Counted from the stretch's first letter, positions 35,825 through 46,515 are shown. The stretch is DNA of 64,000 nucleotides from Acutalibacteraceae bacterium (GCA_963629305.1 CAVGIJ010000008.1:19781-83780), one strand, 5' to 3'. Notes: generated by a model not told the origin, from the letters alone. A program made the numbers and translations.

Positions 35825-37063
35825 ATGAAAAGACTTGTATCATTAGTACTCGCGCTTGCTATGCTTTTCTGCCTCGCAGCTTGCGGTAAGACAGAACAGA
35901 GTAGCGAAACAGAAAAAATGAAGGTTGGTTTCATTTGCCTTCATGATGAGAACTCAACATATGACTTAAACTTCATCAATGCTGCCAAGGAAGCATGCGA
36001 GAAGCTCGGTGTTGAGGCTATCTTCAAGACAAACATCCCTGAAGATGCATCTTGCAAAGAAGCTGCTCTTGACCTCGCTGATAAGGGTTGTAAGATCGTA
36101 TTTGCTGACTCTTTCGGACATGAGAGCTACATGCTTGAAGCTGCAAAAGAAGCTACGGACGTTCAGTTCTGCCATGCTACAGGTACAACAGCTCACACAG
36201 CGGGTGTAAAGAATTTCCACAATGCATTCGCATCCATCTATGAGGGCCGTTATCTTGCAGGTGTTGCTGCAGGTCTCAAGCTCAATGAGATGATCGCAGA
36301 CGGAAAGATCAAGGCTGAGGATGCGAAGATCGGATATGTCGGCGCATTTACTTATGCAGAAGTTATTTCAGGTTATACATCTTTCTTCCTCGGTGCCCGT
36401 TCCATCTGCCCGACTGCAACTATGGAAGTTCAGTTCACAGGTTCATGGTATGATGAGACTGCCGAGAAGGAAGCAGCAACAAAGCTTATCGCTGATAAGT
36501 GTGTACTTATAAGCCAGCACGCTGACTCAATGGGCGCTCCTACAGCATGTGAAAACGCAGGTGTTCCGAACGTTTCTTACAACGGAAGCACACTTAAGTC
36601 TTGCCCGAACACATTCATCGTTTCTTCAAGAATCAACTGGGAGCCTTACTATGAGTATATAATCGGCTGTGTTAAAGACGGTAAGGAAATTGACACAGAC
36701 TGGACAGGTACTCTTGCTACAGGTTCTGTAGTTCTTACAGATGTAAATGAGGATGTTGCTGCTGAGGGTACAGCTGACAAGATTGCCGAAGTTAAGGCTG
36801 AACTTGAAAAAGGAACACTTCACGTATTTGATACATCTACATTTACCGTAACAGTTGATGCCGCAAACGGCCTCAATGCAAACGCAAAGGTTGATGCTGA
36901 CGGACATCTTACATCTTATATGGCAGATGTTGACACAGATAAGGATTATACCGGAGATACAGAGGCTGTTAAGGACGGATATTTTGCTGAGTCCACTGAC
37001 CGTTCGGCTCCGTACTTTGATCTTAAGATTGACGGTATCACTCTTCTCAATACAAAGTTCTGA
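35825..37063 (+). CDS. BMP family (PnrA/Med-like) nucleoside ABC transporter substrate-binding lipoprotein
   Basis: Lipobox LAA|CGK and the BMP-family pattern KVGFI......D..FN......A...LG. Confidence 0.9.
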   Translation: MKRLVSLVLALAMLFCLAACGKTEQSSETEKMKVGFICLHDENSTYDLNFINAAKEACEKLGVEAIFKTNIPEDASCKEAALDLADKGCKIVFADSFGHESYMLEAAKEATDVQFCHATGTTAHTAGVKNFHNAFASIYEGRYLAGVAAGLKLNEMIADGKIKAEDAKIGYVGAFTYAEVISGYTSFFLGARSICPTATMEVQFTGSWYDETAEKEAATKLIADKCVLISQHADSMGAPTACENAGVPNVSYNGSTLKSCPNTFIVSSRINWEPYYEYIIGCVKDGKEIDTDWTGTLATGSVVLTDVNEDVAAEGTADKIAEVKAELEKGTLHVFDTSTFTVTVDAANGLNANAKVDADGHLTSYMADVDTDKDYTGDTEAVKDGYFAESTDRSAPYFDLKIDGITLLNTKF

Positions 37064-37266
37064 TTTGAGTTCAATTAAGGTTTCTTATTCAGAATAGTTT
37101 TAAGGCGGGGCGCCTTTTTCGGACGCTCCGCCTGCAATTTGTTTTTAAAGCATTTAAAGCAATTTTTATTACATCTCATTTACGTATTCACGGCAGCTTT
37201 AAAAGGTATAACACACTTTGAAAAACGGTGTTACGGCTTTTAAAATTGCCGAAGGGGGAATTTTCA

Positions 37267-38805
37267 GTGGAGACATGTCCGGCAATAGAACTTAAAAACA
37301 TAACCAAAACATTTGGCCCGGTTGTTGCGAATAAGGACGTATGCCTTACCGTGAATCGCGGAGAGATACTTTCAATTCTCGGCGAAAACGGAAGCGGTAA
37401 AACTACTCTTATGAACATGCTGTCCGGAATATACTTTCCGGATTACGGTCAGATATTCATTGACGGAAAAGAAGTTGTTATAAAATCTCCTAAAGACGCG
37501 TTTGATCACAAAATAGGAATGATTCATCAGCACTTCAAGCTTGTCGATGTATTTACGGCAGCCGAAAATATCGTTCTGGGACTTGAGGATGACGGCAAAT
37601 ATAACATAAAAAAATCATCGGAAAAGATCGCTGAAATTGCAGCTAACTACGGCTTTGAAATTGATCCGAATAAAAAAATCTATCAAATGTCCGTTTCCGA
37701 AAAGCAGACTGTTGAAATAATAAAGGTTCTTTACAGAGGAGCCGATATACTTATACTTGACGAACCTACGGCAGTTCTCACTCCGCAGGAAACACTTAAG
37801 CTTTTTGATGTTCTCAGAAGAATGAGAAACGACGGCAAGGCTATCATTATCATAACACATAAGCTTCATGAGGTTTTATCACTCTCAGACCGTGTTGCCG
37901 TTTTAAGAAAGGGCGAGTACATCGGTACGGTTAACACGGCAGAGACGAATGAGTCCGAACTTACGGAAATGATGGTAGGTAAGAAAATTACCCTGAATAT
38001 TGAGAGAAGCGAACCGGAAAACCCCGTAGACAGGCTTGTTGTAAAAGGCCTCAACTGTATAAACCGTGACGGTGTAAAAGTTCTCAGCGACATATCATTT
38101 ACGGCAAAATCCGGTGAGATATTGGGATTTGCGGGTATTGCGGGTTCGGGCCAGCGAGAACTCCTTGAGTCTATTGCCGGCTTGCAAAAGCTCAGCGGCG
38201 GTGAGGTTATTTACAATAACCCGAAAACCGGTAAGGCTGAAAATCTTCGAAACAAAACTCCCATGCAAATAAGGGAACTCGGCGTAAGACTTTCATTTGT
38301 ACCTGAAGACAGACTCGGTATGGGCCTTGTAGGAAACATGGATATCATTGACAATATGATGCTCAGAAGCTACAAAAAAGGTCATACCGCTTTTCTTGAA
38401 AGAAAAGAACCGAAGTCACTTGCCGAAAAGATAATTGATGAGCTTGAGGTTGTGACTCCGAGTGCATCGACTCCTGTAAGGAGACTTTCGGGAGGAAACG
38501 TTCAAAAGGTTCTCGTAGGACGTGAAATTGCGGCGTCTCCCACAGTTCTTATGGCTGCATATCCAGTGCGCGGACTTGACATAAATTCATCTTATGTTAT
38601 CTATAATCTTCTCAATGAGCAGAAGAAAAACGGCGTTGCCGTAATTTTTGTCGGAGAAGACTTGGACGTTTTAATTGAACTTTGTGACCGTATAGTTGTC
38701 CTCGGCTCGGGAAAAATAACCGGAATCGTTGACGGCAGAACGGCTACAAAGGAAGAAATCGGATTGCTTATGACAAAAAGCACAGGTGAGGGGGATGAAA
38801 ACTGA
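37267..38805 (+). CDS. ABC transporter ATP-binding protein (tandem ABC domains, sugar/nucleoside type)
   Basis: Two ABC modules (GENGSGKTT ... LSGGNVQK). GTG 37267 follows AAGGGGGAA and is preferred over the longer ORF start at 37228. Confidence 0.9.
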   Translation: METCPAIELKNITKTFGPVVANKDVCLTVNRGEILSILGENGSGKTTLMNMLSGIYFPDYGQIFIDGKEVVIKSPKDAFDHKIGMIHQHFKLVDVFTAAENIVLGLEDDGKYNIKKSSEKIAEIAANYGFEIDPNKKIYQMSVSEKQTVEIIKVLYRGADILILDEPTAVLTPQETLKLFDVLRRMRNDGKAIIIITHKLHEVLSLSDRVAVLRKGEYIGTVNTAETNESELTEMMVGKKITLNIERSEPENPVDRLVVKGLNCINRDGVKVLSDISFTAKSGEILGFAGIAGSGQRELLESIAGLQKLSGGEVIYNNPKTGKAENLRNKTPMQIRELGVRLSFVPEDRLGMGLVGNMDIIDNMMLRSYKKGHTAFLERKEPKSLAEKIIDELEVVTPSASTPVRRLSGGNVQKVLVGREIAASPTVLMAAYPVRGLDINSSYVIYNLLNEQKKNGVAVIFVGEDLDVLIELCDRIVVLGSGKITGIVDGRTATKEEIGLLMTKSTGEGDEN

Positions 38806-39917
38806 TGGCAAAAGAGGAAAAAACAGTTAAAGAACCTCTGTTTCATGTTGTTAAAAGAGATAAACCGGTATGGTGGAAGAGTTGGGGTATTCGTATTCTC
38901 TCCGTAATTTTCGCATTTGCCGTTTGCTCCGTGATTATCCTCGTATTTACGGGAGATGACCCATTTAAGGTTTTCCTTACAATGATTGACGGAGCTTTCG
39001 GAACAGAACGCCGTATATGGAGTTTGCTTCAAGCGGTTGCAATGCTTCTTTGTGTTGCTCTTGCCGTTACACCGGCATTCAAAATGAAATTCTGGAATAT
39101 CGGTGCTGAAGGACAGGCTCTTATGGGCGGATTCGCCGCTGCAACTTGTATGATTTTTCTCGGTGACAAGATGCCGACACCGCTCCTCCTTATAGTGATA
39201 CTTGCGGCATCAATTATTGCCGGTGCTGTATGGGCGGTTGTTCCCGCGTATTTCAAGGCGAGATTCGGAACAAATGAAACATTGTTTACGCTTATGATGA
39301 ACTATATTGCCATTCAGATTGTTTCATATTTCGTATATATCTGGGCAAATCCGGCCGGTTCAGGTAAGATAGGCGTTATCAATCCCGATACACAATCAGG
39401 GTGGCTTCCTGTCATAGCCGATAAGTCATATCTTATGAATATCCTTATTGTTTTTGCACTCACGTTTGTTATGTATATCTACCTTAAGTATTCAAAGCAC
39501 GGCTATGAGATTTCCGTTGTGGGAGAAAGTCAGAATACCGCAAGGTATATCGGAATAAACGTAAAAAAAGTTATTGTGAGAACGATGATTCTCTCCGGTG
39601 CTCTCTGCGGTATTGCAGGATTCCTTCTTGTATGCGGAACTGACCACACCATAACAAGAGATACCATTTCAGGACGCGGATTTACCGCTATCATGGTTTC
39701 GTGGCTTGCAAAATTCAATCCTATTTTTATGATTCTTACATCGCTTCTCATAGTGTTCTTCGAAAAGGGCGCGACGGAGATATCCACTCAGTTCGGACTT
39801 AACGATTCATTCTCGGAGATTATCTCCGGTATAGTAATTTTCTTCATCATAGGCTCTGAATTTTTTATCAATTATAAAATTAAATTCAGAGAGAAAAAGG
39901 AGGAGGCAGGCAAATGA
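38805..39917 (+). CDS. ABC transporter permease (BMP-type nucleoside system)
   Basis: Polytopic protein. The start overlaps the upstream stop, consistent with one operon with 35825..40903. Confidence 0.9.
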   Translation: MAKEEKTVKEPLFHVVKRDKPVWWKSWGIRILSVIFAFAVCSVIILVFTGDDPFKVFLTMIDGAFGTERRIWSLLQAVAMLLCVALAVTPAFKMKFWNIGAEGQALMGGFAAATCMIFLGDKMPTPLLLIVILAASIIAGAVWAVVPAYFKARFGTNETLFTLMMNYIAIQIVSYFVYIWANPAGSGKIGVINPDTQSGWLPVIADKSYLMNILIVFALTFVMYIYLKYSKHGYEISVVGESQNTARYIGINVKKVIVRTMILSGALCGIAGFLLVCGTDHTITRDTISGRGFTAIMVSWLAKFNPIFMILTSLLIVFFEKGATEISTQFGLNDSFSEIISGIVIFFIIGSEFFINYKIKFREKKEEAGK

Positions 39918-40903
39918 TAGTTCAATTTATTCAACGTGCGGTCATGCAGGGCGTTCCTCTTCTTTTCGGAGCTACGGGAGAAATCCTTACGGAAAAATCC
40001 GGTCATCTGAATCTCGGTATCCCGGGAATCATGTATGTCGGGGGAATAAGCGGAGTAATCGGTGCTTTTCTCTATGAGAATGCCGTCGGAGCTGAAAACA
40101 TAGTTCCGTTCCTTGCGGTTATAATACCACTCCTTTCATCAATGCTCGGTTCGCTTTTTATGGGACTTATTTATTGTGTGCTTACGGTTACTTTAAGGGC
40201 AAATCAAAATGTTACGGGTCTTGCTCTTACAACATTCGGTGTAGGCTTCGGTAACTTCTTCGGGGGATCTCTCATAAAGCTTACAAATTCCGAGCTTCCG
40301 TCAATAACACTCTCGGCAACATCCAACTGCTTTAGAAAGACTTTGCCCATTGCGGATAAGCTCGGATGGTTTGGCGATGTATTTTTGTCCTACAGTTTTC
40401 TTGCATATGTATCCGTTGTTGTAGCGCTTGCGGCTGCATATGTTCTCGGACATACACGTACCGGACTTCATCTTCGCGCAGTCGGAGAGAACCCGGCGAC
40501 TGCCGATGCGGCCGGCATAAATGTTAACCGCTACAAGTATGCCGCAACTTGCATCGGCTCCGTAATTGCGGGCCTCGGCGGACTTTACTATGTAATGGAC
40601 TATGCAAACGGTATTTGGTCAAACAATGCATTCGGTGACAGAGGATGGCTTGCGGTTGCAATCGTTATTTTCTCTATTTGGAAACCGAATGTTGCCGTTC
40701 CGGCATCGTTCCTTTTCGGCGGATTATTTATAGTACACAATTATCTTACCTTCCTCGGGCTCGGTGTTGCCACACAGGAACTTTTCAAAATGATTCCGTA
40801 TGTTGTAACGCTTGTAATTCTTATAGTTACAAGTATGCGTCAGCGCCGTGAAAGTCAACCGCCTCAGGCACTCGGACTTTCTTATTTCAGAGAAGAAAGA
40901 TAA
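39914..40903 (+). CDS. ABC transporter permease (BMP-type nucleoside system)
   Basis: Polytopic protein with an ATGA start/stop overlap with the preceding permease gene. Confidence 0.9.
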   Translation: MIVQFIQRAVMQGVPLLFGATGEILTEKSGHLNLGIPGIMYVGGISGVIGAFLYENAVGAENIVPFLAVIIPLLSSMLGSLFMGLIYCVLTVTLRANQNVTGLALTTFGVGFGNFFGGSLIKLTNSELPSITLSATSNCFRKTLPIADKLGWFGDVFLSYSFLAYVSVVVALAAAYVLGHTRTGLHLRAVGENPATADAAGINVNRYKYAATCIGSVIAGLGGLYYVMDYANGIWSNNAFGDRGWLAVAIVIFSIWKPNVAVPASFLFGGLFIVHNYLTFLGLGVATQELFKMIPYVVTLVILIVTSMRQRRESQPPQALGLSYFREER

Positions 40904-40924
40904 GTGTTTAACCGAAAACAAATA

Positions 40925-40962
40925 AGTCGCAACACATGATTTCGTGTGTTGCGACTTTCTCT
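40925..40962. terminator. Bidirectional terminator between convergent operons
   Basis: GTCGCAACACA/TGTGTTGCGAC 11-bp hairpin followed by TTTCTCTT. Confidence 0.75.
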
Positions 40963-40989
40963 TATTTCCTATTGACTTTGTATGAGTAT

Positions 40990-41361
40990 TCAGCTGCCTA
41001 GATCCACAAACTGTGAAACTGCCTGTATGACACGTTCGGGTTTGAATGGTTTCATGATAAAGTCATCTGCGCCGACTTCAAAGCATTCCGAAACAACATC
41101 TTCCTGCCCCATTGATGAACACATAATTACCTTGGCATCCGGGTTGATATTTTTTATTTCAGTAAGTGCGTGGATTCCGTCCATGTCAGGCATGGTTACG
41201 TCGAGGAGGACAAGCTTTGGACGTTCAACCTTGAAAAGGTTTATAGTCTCTATGCCGTTCTTTGCCTCGACAGTGTTTACATAGCCTGCCTGATTCAAAA
41301 TATCCTTGAGCATTATCCTCATGAAAGATGCATCGTCAGCTATCAGTATTTTATGTGGCAT
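40990..41361 (-). CDS. CheY-like single-domain response regulator
   Basis: ILIADDASFMR...LVLLDVTMPDMDG...MCSS...MKPF. GTG 41370 is an alternative start. The gene overlaps the kinase gene's stop. Confidence 0.9.
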   Translation of the reverse strand: MPHKILIADDASFMRIMLKDILNQAGYVNTVEAKNGIETINLFKVERPKLVLLDVTMPDMDGIHALTEIKNINPDAKVIMCSSMGQEDVVSECFEVGADDFIMKPFKPERVIQAVSQFVDLGS

Positions 41362-42388
41362 CCTTTTCACCGCCTTTTGTCCGTTTCTTTATTTCGGCAA
41401 TCTGTGATTTTTCATCTATGGGGAAGGTGAGCGTTATCGAAAAACCGTCCGTTATACCTGTGTTTATAATTATTGATCCGCCCATGTCTTTGGCGGTTGA
41501 TTTGATGATATCCATTCCCACTCCGCGGCCTGAATATTTGTTGGGTTTGTCCTTTGTGGTAAAGCCGTTTTCCATTATCAGTGTTGCTGCCTCATGAGGC
41601 TTGTACTGCTCACGCGGCTTCTTCAGCATATGCAGATTGTCCGCGTGTCGGAGGATGTTTTTCAGATTCAGAGTTTCACCGTCATTGAAAATGGTTATAA
41701 ACATAATGTTGCCTTCAATGCCGTATGTTACGGTTATTACGCCGATTTCCGGCTTTCCTTTTTTTATCCTTACTTCCGGGGTTTCAATGCCGTGATCAAC
41801 GGCGTTTCTTATTATCTGTGTGAGTGGCCCGGAAAGTCTTGTTAGTATGTGACGGTCAACGTACAGCGTATTGCCCACAAAGTCGAGTTTAACTTTTTTC
41901 CCGAGATCTTCTGACATTTCTTTAATGATATTTTCAAACGGCAGCTTGAATGCTTCAAACGGCATCATCTGAGTTATCGGCGCTGCTTCTTTAAAATCAA
42001 TTTCGTTTACAAGAGTGTTGAGTTCTCCTTCAAATTCGCATGTTGAATTTTCCACTGAATTTTTTGTAAGGAGGTTCAGCCTTGACCTGAAAAAATACTC
42101 CGAGCGGAACATGAGATTGATTATGGATTTTGCAGAGAGCGAGTCTATGCCGTGCTTCCTGAGGTAGGACATGACATTTTCCATTTTGTAGGATACATCG
42201 ACGGTCTTGTTGTCATTTAGAACTATAGCGGATGCTTTTATCGTATGGAAAATACGAAAAAGAGCATCAACACTCTCCTTGTCAAGAGTGCCGACGCTGT
42301 TTCTTTTTTTCAGTATACCGTCCATTTCATTGATGAGAGCGGTAGTATCATCCACATATGCCTGTATGAGCTCGTTGTTCATTTGCAT
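41351..42388 (-). CDS. Minimal CheA-like histidine kinase (Hpt/P1 plus P4 kinase core; no CheW-like P5)
   Basis: Hpt motif LFRIFHTIKASA. CheA-type catalytic core LSGPLTQIIRNAVDHGIE...GKPEIG...DGE...SGRGVGMDIIK...GGSI. The protein ends about 25 aa after the G2 box. AAGGTGA RBS precedes ATG 42388. Confidence 0.85.
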   Translation of the reverse strand: MQMNNELIQAYVDDTTALINEMDGILKKRNSVGTLDKESVDALFRIFHTIKASAIVLNDNKTVDVSYKMENVMSYLRKHGIDSLSAKSIINLMFRSEYFFRSRLNLLTKNSVENSTCEFEGELNTLVNEIDFKEAAPITQMMPFEAFKLPFENIIKEMSEDLGKKVKLDFVGNTLYVDRHILTRLSGPLTQIIRNAVDHGIETPEVRIKKGKPEIGVITVTYGIEGNIMFITIFNDGETLNLKNILRHADNLHMLKKPREQYKPHEAATLIMENGFTTKDKPNKYSGRGVGMDIIKSTAKDMGGSIIINTGITDGFSITLTFPIDEKSQIAEIKKRTKGGEKDAT

Positions 42389-42410
42389 GTGGATCACCTT
42401 TTCTGTAAAT

Positions 42411-43496
42411 TTAAGTTTCTATAATACTTGAAATGACCGTATTGAAATACCTCTTGTCAGAGTAGAGGTCTATTGTTGTACTTGGGTCATCTATGAAGAA
42501 AATTTGCGGACGAAGCGGATTCTTCGGATTTTGCTCGAAGACTACCGCAGTGTCACCGTTGCTGAGCTTTACACAGCTTCCTACCGGATACGGTGAAACA
42601 CACTTTAGAAATGCTTTTACTACACCGCTGTCGAACTGTCTTCCGGCACTTCCCATGATATACTCTATTGCTTCGTTCGGCTGGGACGGTGTACGGTATG
42701 GTCTCTGTGAGGTCAATGCGTCATAGACGTCGGCACAGGCGATAATCCTGCCGAAGAACGGTATGCGCTTTCCTTTTGTATGATAAGGATATCCGCTGCC
42801 GTCAATACGTTCGTGATGACTGATGATTCCGTTTAATACGCGTTCCGAAACGAGATTTTTACCCGCCAGCATATCGTACCCGAGCTTCGGATGAGTTCTT
42901 ATTATTTGAAATTCTTCATTTGTAAGCTTCGCGGGCTTTTGAATTATTTCAACGGGAATTTTCATTTTTCCCAGATCATGAAGCAATGCACAAAGTGCAA
43001 GGTCGGACATATCTTTCCTTGAAATTCGGAGCTGCTTTCCTATGGCAATGGAGAGAATTGTTGTTCCGAGTGAGTGATTGTATGTTGTGTCGTCATAAAG
43101 GCGCAGATCGGAAACATCCAGATATATGTTTTTTGAGTCCGCGTCAGTTATTTTGTTTATGAGTTTTTCAAGGGTCTGGTTTACGTGATCAATGTTGTTG
43201 ACGTACAGACCTTCCGTTGCTGTTTCGGCAATATCAAAAATTTCTTTAACTCTTTCTATAACCTCACGCTTTGATTCGTCGTCGACGATATCCGGTTCAA
43301 AATCCCGATTGTCGTGTATGTAAACTCCTTGTAAGTCAAGACCTAAAAGTTTCGTAATGGAAGCCATTTGAAGTGTTTGGCCTTCTTTAAGCATAACAAC
43401 GTGCCCGGTAAATGTGTCAACGCCGTATACATCTCTTGCGAGTATGGTTCCGGGTTTTAGTTTTTCTACCGATACGAATTTTATCAATGGTTTCAC
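42411..43496 (-). CDS. HD-GYP domain protein with a DUF3391-like N-terminal domain
   Basis: N-terminus V.VEKLKPGTILARDVY......V.L.KEGQ.L. HD-GYP motifs LLHDLGKMKIP, HHERIDGSGYPY and ADVYDALTSQRPYR. GTG start. Confidence 0.9.
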   Translation of the reverse strand: MKPLIKFVSVEKLKPGTILARDVYGVDTFTGHVVMLKEGQTLQMASITKLLGLDLQGVYIHDNRDFEPDIVDDESKREVIERVKEIFDIAETATEGLYVNNIDHVNQTLEKLINKITDADSKNIYLDVSDLRLYDDTTYNHSLGTTILSIAIGKQLRISRKDMSDLALCALLHDLGKMKIPVEIIQKPAKLTNEEFQIIRTHPKLGYDMLAGKNLVSERVLNGIISHHERIDGSGYPYHTKGKRIPFFGRIIACADVYDALTSQRPYRTPSQPNEAIEYIMGSAGRQFDSGVVKAFLKCVSPYPVGSCVKLSNGDTAVVFEQNPKNPLRPQIFFIDDPSTTIDLYSDKRYFNTVISSIIET

Positions 43497-43761
43497 ATCC
43501 CTAAAAAGTCAAAAAGTCCTGTACATAGCACTTAATAAAAGTTGCACATACCACACCAAGCATAAACTGTTTATATTTTATAATATTTTTAAAATCAGGT
43601 CAATAGTTTCATTGAAATTGCACAAAATATTCCATTTGTGGAACCAACATTGAAATATATTATTTTCGTTGCACTGAAAGGGGTGTTTGTGGTAATATTG
43701 TAGCGTTGTTTGATTCATTAAGATGTAATAATTTATAAAGGACGAAAGGCAGTTGCGAAAG

Positions 43762-45195
43762 ATGCAGAAGAACACCTATGAAACACCGCTAAACTCGAGG
43801 TACGCCTCGAAAGAGATGCAGTATATTTTTTCGCCTGATTTTAAATTCAGAACATGGAGAAAATTGTGGATAGCACTCGCCGAGTCGGAGATGGAGCTTG
43901 GACTTCCGATAACCAAAGAGCAGGTTGATGAGCTTAAACTCCATGCAGATGATATCAATTATGAGGTCGCAATCGAAAGAGAAAAACTTGTAAGACACGA
44001 CGTTATGTCACATGTTTACGCATACGGTGTTCTCTGTCCGACGGCAAAGCCCATAATTCATCTTGGCGCAACTTCATGCTATGTCGGTGACAACACAGAC
44101 GTTATTACCATGACGGAGGGCCTTAAGCTTATAAGAATAAAGCTTATAAACCTCATGAAGTGTCTTTCGGATTTCGCCCTCAAATACAAGGACATGCCGT
44201 GTCTCGGCTTTACTCATTATCAACCGGCACAGCCGACTACTGTCGGAAAACGTGCATCACTTTGGCTTCAAGACGTGCTCATGGATTACGGTCAGATAAC
44301 ACATCAGATATCCTCTATGAAACTGCTTGGCTCAAAGGGTACTACCGGTACTCAGGCAAGCTTTATGGAGCTCTTTGACGGTGACCACGAGAAAATAAAG
44401 GAGCTTGACCGCAAGATTGCCGAAAAGATGGGATTCTCTTCCTGCTTCCCGGTTTCCGGACAAACATACTCAAGAAAGCTTGACTACCAAGTACTCAGTG
44501 TTCTTTCCGGAATAGCACAGTCCGCTTCAAAGTTTTCTTCGGACCTTCGTCTTCTTCAGCACATGAAGGAAATTGAAGAACCGTTTGAGAAAAATCAGAT
44601 AGGCTCCTCTGCTATGGCGTACAAGAGAAATCCGATGCGCTCCGAGAGAATTGCATCGCTCTCAAGATACGTTATGACAACTGCACTTAATCCGGCACTT
44701 ACCGCTTCGGCGCAGTGGTTTGAGAGAACACTTGATGATTCCGCAAACAAGAGAATAAGCGTTGCAGAGGCATTTCTTGCTACAGACGCTGTTCTCGAAC
44801 TTTACATAAATGTTGTTTCCGGTCTTGTTGTTTATCCTAAAATGATAGAGAAAAGGCTTCTTTCAGAACTTCCGTTTATGGCAACCGAAAACATAATGAT
44901 GGAAGCGGTAAAACGCGGCGGAGACAGACAGGAGCTCCATGAGAGAATAAGAGTTCACTCTATGGAAGCAGGCAAAGTTGTAAAGGTTTACGGCGGAGAA
45001 AACGATCTTCTCTTCCGCATTGCAAATGATCCGGCTTTCGGAATGACACTTCCCGAGCTTGAATCCGTTATGGATCCTAAGAATTTTGTCGGACGTGCTC
45101 CGCAGCAGACCGAGGAGTTCGTAAATGAGTTTATTAAACCTATTCTTGATGAGAACAGCGATGCTCTCGGATTGAATGTTGAAATTAATGTTTAA
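43762..45195 (+). CDS. purB: Adenylosuccinate lyase
   Basis: NSRYASKEM, the fumarate-lyase signature GSSAMAYKRNP, 477 aa. Confidence 0.95.
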   Translation: MQKNTYETPLNSRYASKEMQYIFSPDFKFRTWRKLWIALAESEMELGLPITKEQVDELKLHADDINYEVAIEREKLVRHDVMSHVYAYGVLCPTAKPIIHLGATSCYVGDNTDVITMTEGLKLIRIKLINLMKCLSDFALKYKDMPCLGFTHYQPAQPTTVGKRASLWLQDVLMDYGQITHQISSMKLLGSKGTTGTQASFMELFDGDHEKIKELDRKIAEKMGFSSCFPVSGQTYSRKLDYQVLSVLSGIAQSASKFSSDLRLLQHMKEIEEPFEKNQIGSSAMAYKRNPMRSERIASLSRYVMTTALNPALTASAQWFERTLDDSANKRISVAEAFLATDAVLELYINVVSGLVVYPKMIEKRLLSELPFMATENIMMEAVKRGGDRQELHERIRVHSMEAGKVVKVYGGENDLLFRIANDPAFGMTLPELESVMDPKNFVGRAPQQTEEFVNEFIKPILDENSDALGLNVEINV

Positions 45196-45210
45196 GAGGT
45201 GCTTATAAAC

Positions 45211-46491
45211 ATGGTAAAGGCTATTGTCGGCGCCAACTGGGGCGACGAGGGAAAAGGCAAAATCACAGATATGTTTGCAACGGAATCCGATATTGTAATC
45301 CGTTTTCAGGGCGGTGCAAATGCGGGACATACGATTATCAATGATTACGGTCGTTTTGCCTTACATACATTGCCGTCCGGCGTATTCAATCAGAATATTG
45401 TGAATATTGTCGGAAACGGCATGGCTTTTGATGTTGAAAAGTTTCTTTGCGAAATTGACAGCGTTGTTAAGGGCGGGGTCCCAATGCCTAAAATAATGAT
45501 TTCAAACAGAGCTCAGATAGTTATGCCTTATCACGTGCTCTTTGATGTTTATGAAGAGGAGCGTCTCGGAAAGGCTGCATTTGGTTCGACGAAATCCGGA
45601 ATTGCACCGTTTTATGCAGATAAATACGCAAAGATTGGTTTTCAAATCTGTGAACTCTATGATGATGAGTACCTTAAGGAAAAAATTCACAGGGTTGTTG
45701 AGGTGAAAAATCTTCAGCTTGAACATGTTTATCATAAACCTCTTATTTCAGAGGATGAGCTCTTTGAGACGCTTGTAAAATACAGAGAGGCAATAAGGCC
45801 TTATGTTGCGGACACTAACGCATATCTCAGGAAGGCAGTTGCAGACGGCAAGAAGATTTTACTTGAGGGTCAGCTCGGCACCCTCAAGGACACAGACTCC
45901 GGTATTTATCCGATGGTTACATCCAGCTCAACACTTGCCGGATACGGAGCAGTCGGCGCTGCGGGAATACCGCCGTATGAGATAAAGGAAATTGTGGCGG
46001 TTACAAAGGCATATTCAAGCGCCGTAGGTGCAGGAGAATTTGTCTCAGAGATTCTTGATGAGGATGAAGCTCAGGAGCTTCGTATACACGGAGGCGACAA
46101 GGGTGAATTCGGAGCGACAACAGGCAGACCGCGCCGTGTGGGTTGGTTTGACGCAGTTGCTTCACGTTACGGTGTAGGGACTCAGGGCGCAACGGAAGTT
46201 GTTCTTACCGCACTTGACTGTCTTTCATACCTTGAGGAAATAAAAATATGCGTAGGCTATGAGATTGACGGTGAGGTAACACGTGACTTCCCTGTTACTC
46301 CGCTCCTCAAAAAAGCAAAGCCCGTATTTAAAACTCTCAAAGGCTGGCACTGTGATATCCGCGGAATAAAGAATTATGCGGATCTTCCGATTGAAGCACG
46401 CGAATACGTTGAGCTTATAGAAAAAGAGCTTGGCGTTCCGATAAAGATGGTTTCAAACGGACCGAGGAGAGACGAAATAATCATTAAATAA
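45211..46491 (+). CDS. purA: Adenylosuccinate synthase
   Basis: GANWGDEGKGK P-loop, GGANAGHT, and TTGRPRR.GWFD. Confidence 0.95.
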   Translation: MVKAIVGANWGDEGKGKITDMFATESDIVIRFQGGANAGHTIINDYGRFALHTLPSGVFNQNIVNIVGNGMAFDVEKFLCEIDSVVKGGVPMPKIMISNRAQIVMPYHVLFDVYEEERLGKAAFGSTKSGIAPFYADKYAKIGFQICELYDDEYLKEKIHRVVEVKNLQLEHVYHKPLISEDELFETLVKYREAIRPYVADTNAYLRKAVADGKKILLEGQLGTLKDTDSGIYPMVTSSSTLAGYGAVGAAGIPPYEIKEIVAVTKAYSSAVGAGEFVSEILDEDEAQELRIHGGDKGEFGATTGRPRRVGWFDAVASRYGVGTQGATEVVLTALDCLSYLEEIKICVGYEIDGEVTRDFPVTPLLKKAKPVFKTLKGWHCDIRGIKNYADLPIEAREYVELIEKELGVPIKMVSNGPRRDEIIIK

Positions 46492-46515
46492 ATTGCGACT
46501 GGGAGTAAAGAGATA

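Noticed and set aside
43497-43761. A purine riboswitch or PurR box in the divergent region upstream of purB.
   Set aside because: No P1/J2-3 purine-aptamer signature, such as the one at 34938, is present, and I saw no clear PurBox-like palindrome. The region is simply AT-rich promoter DNA.
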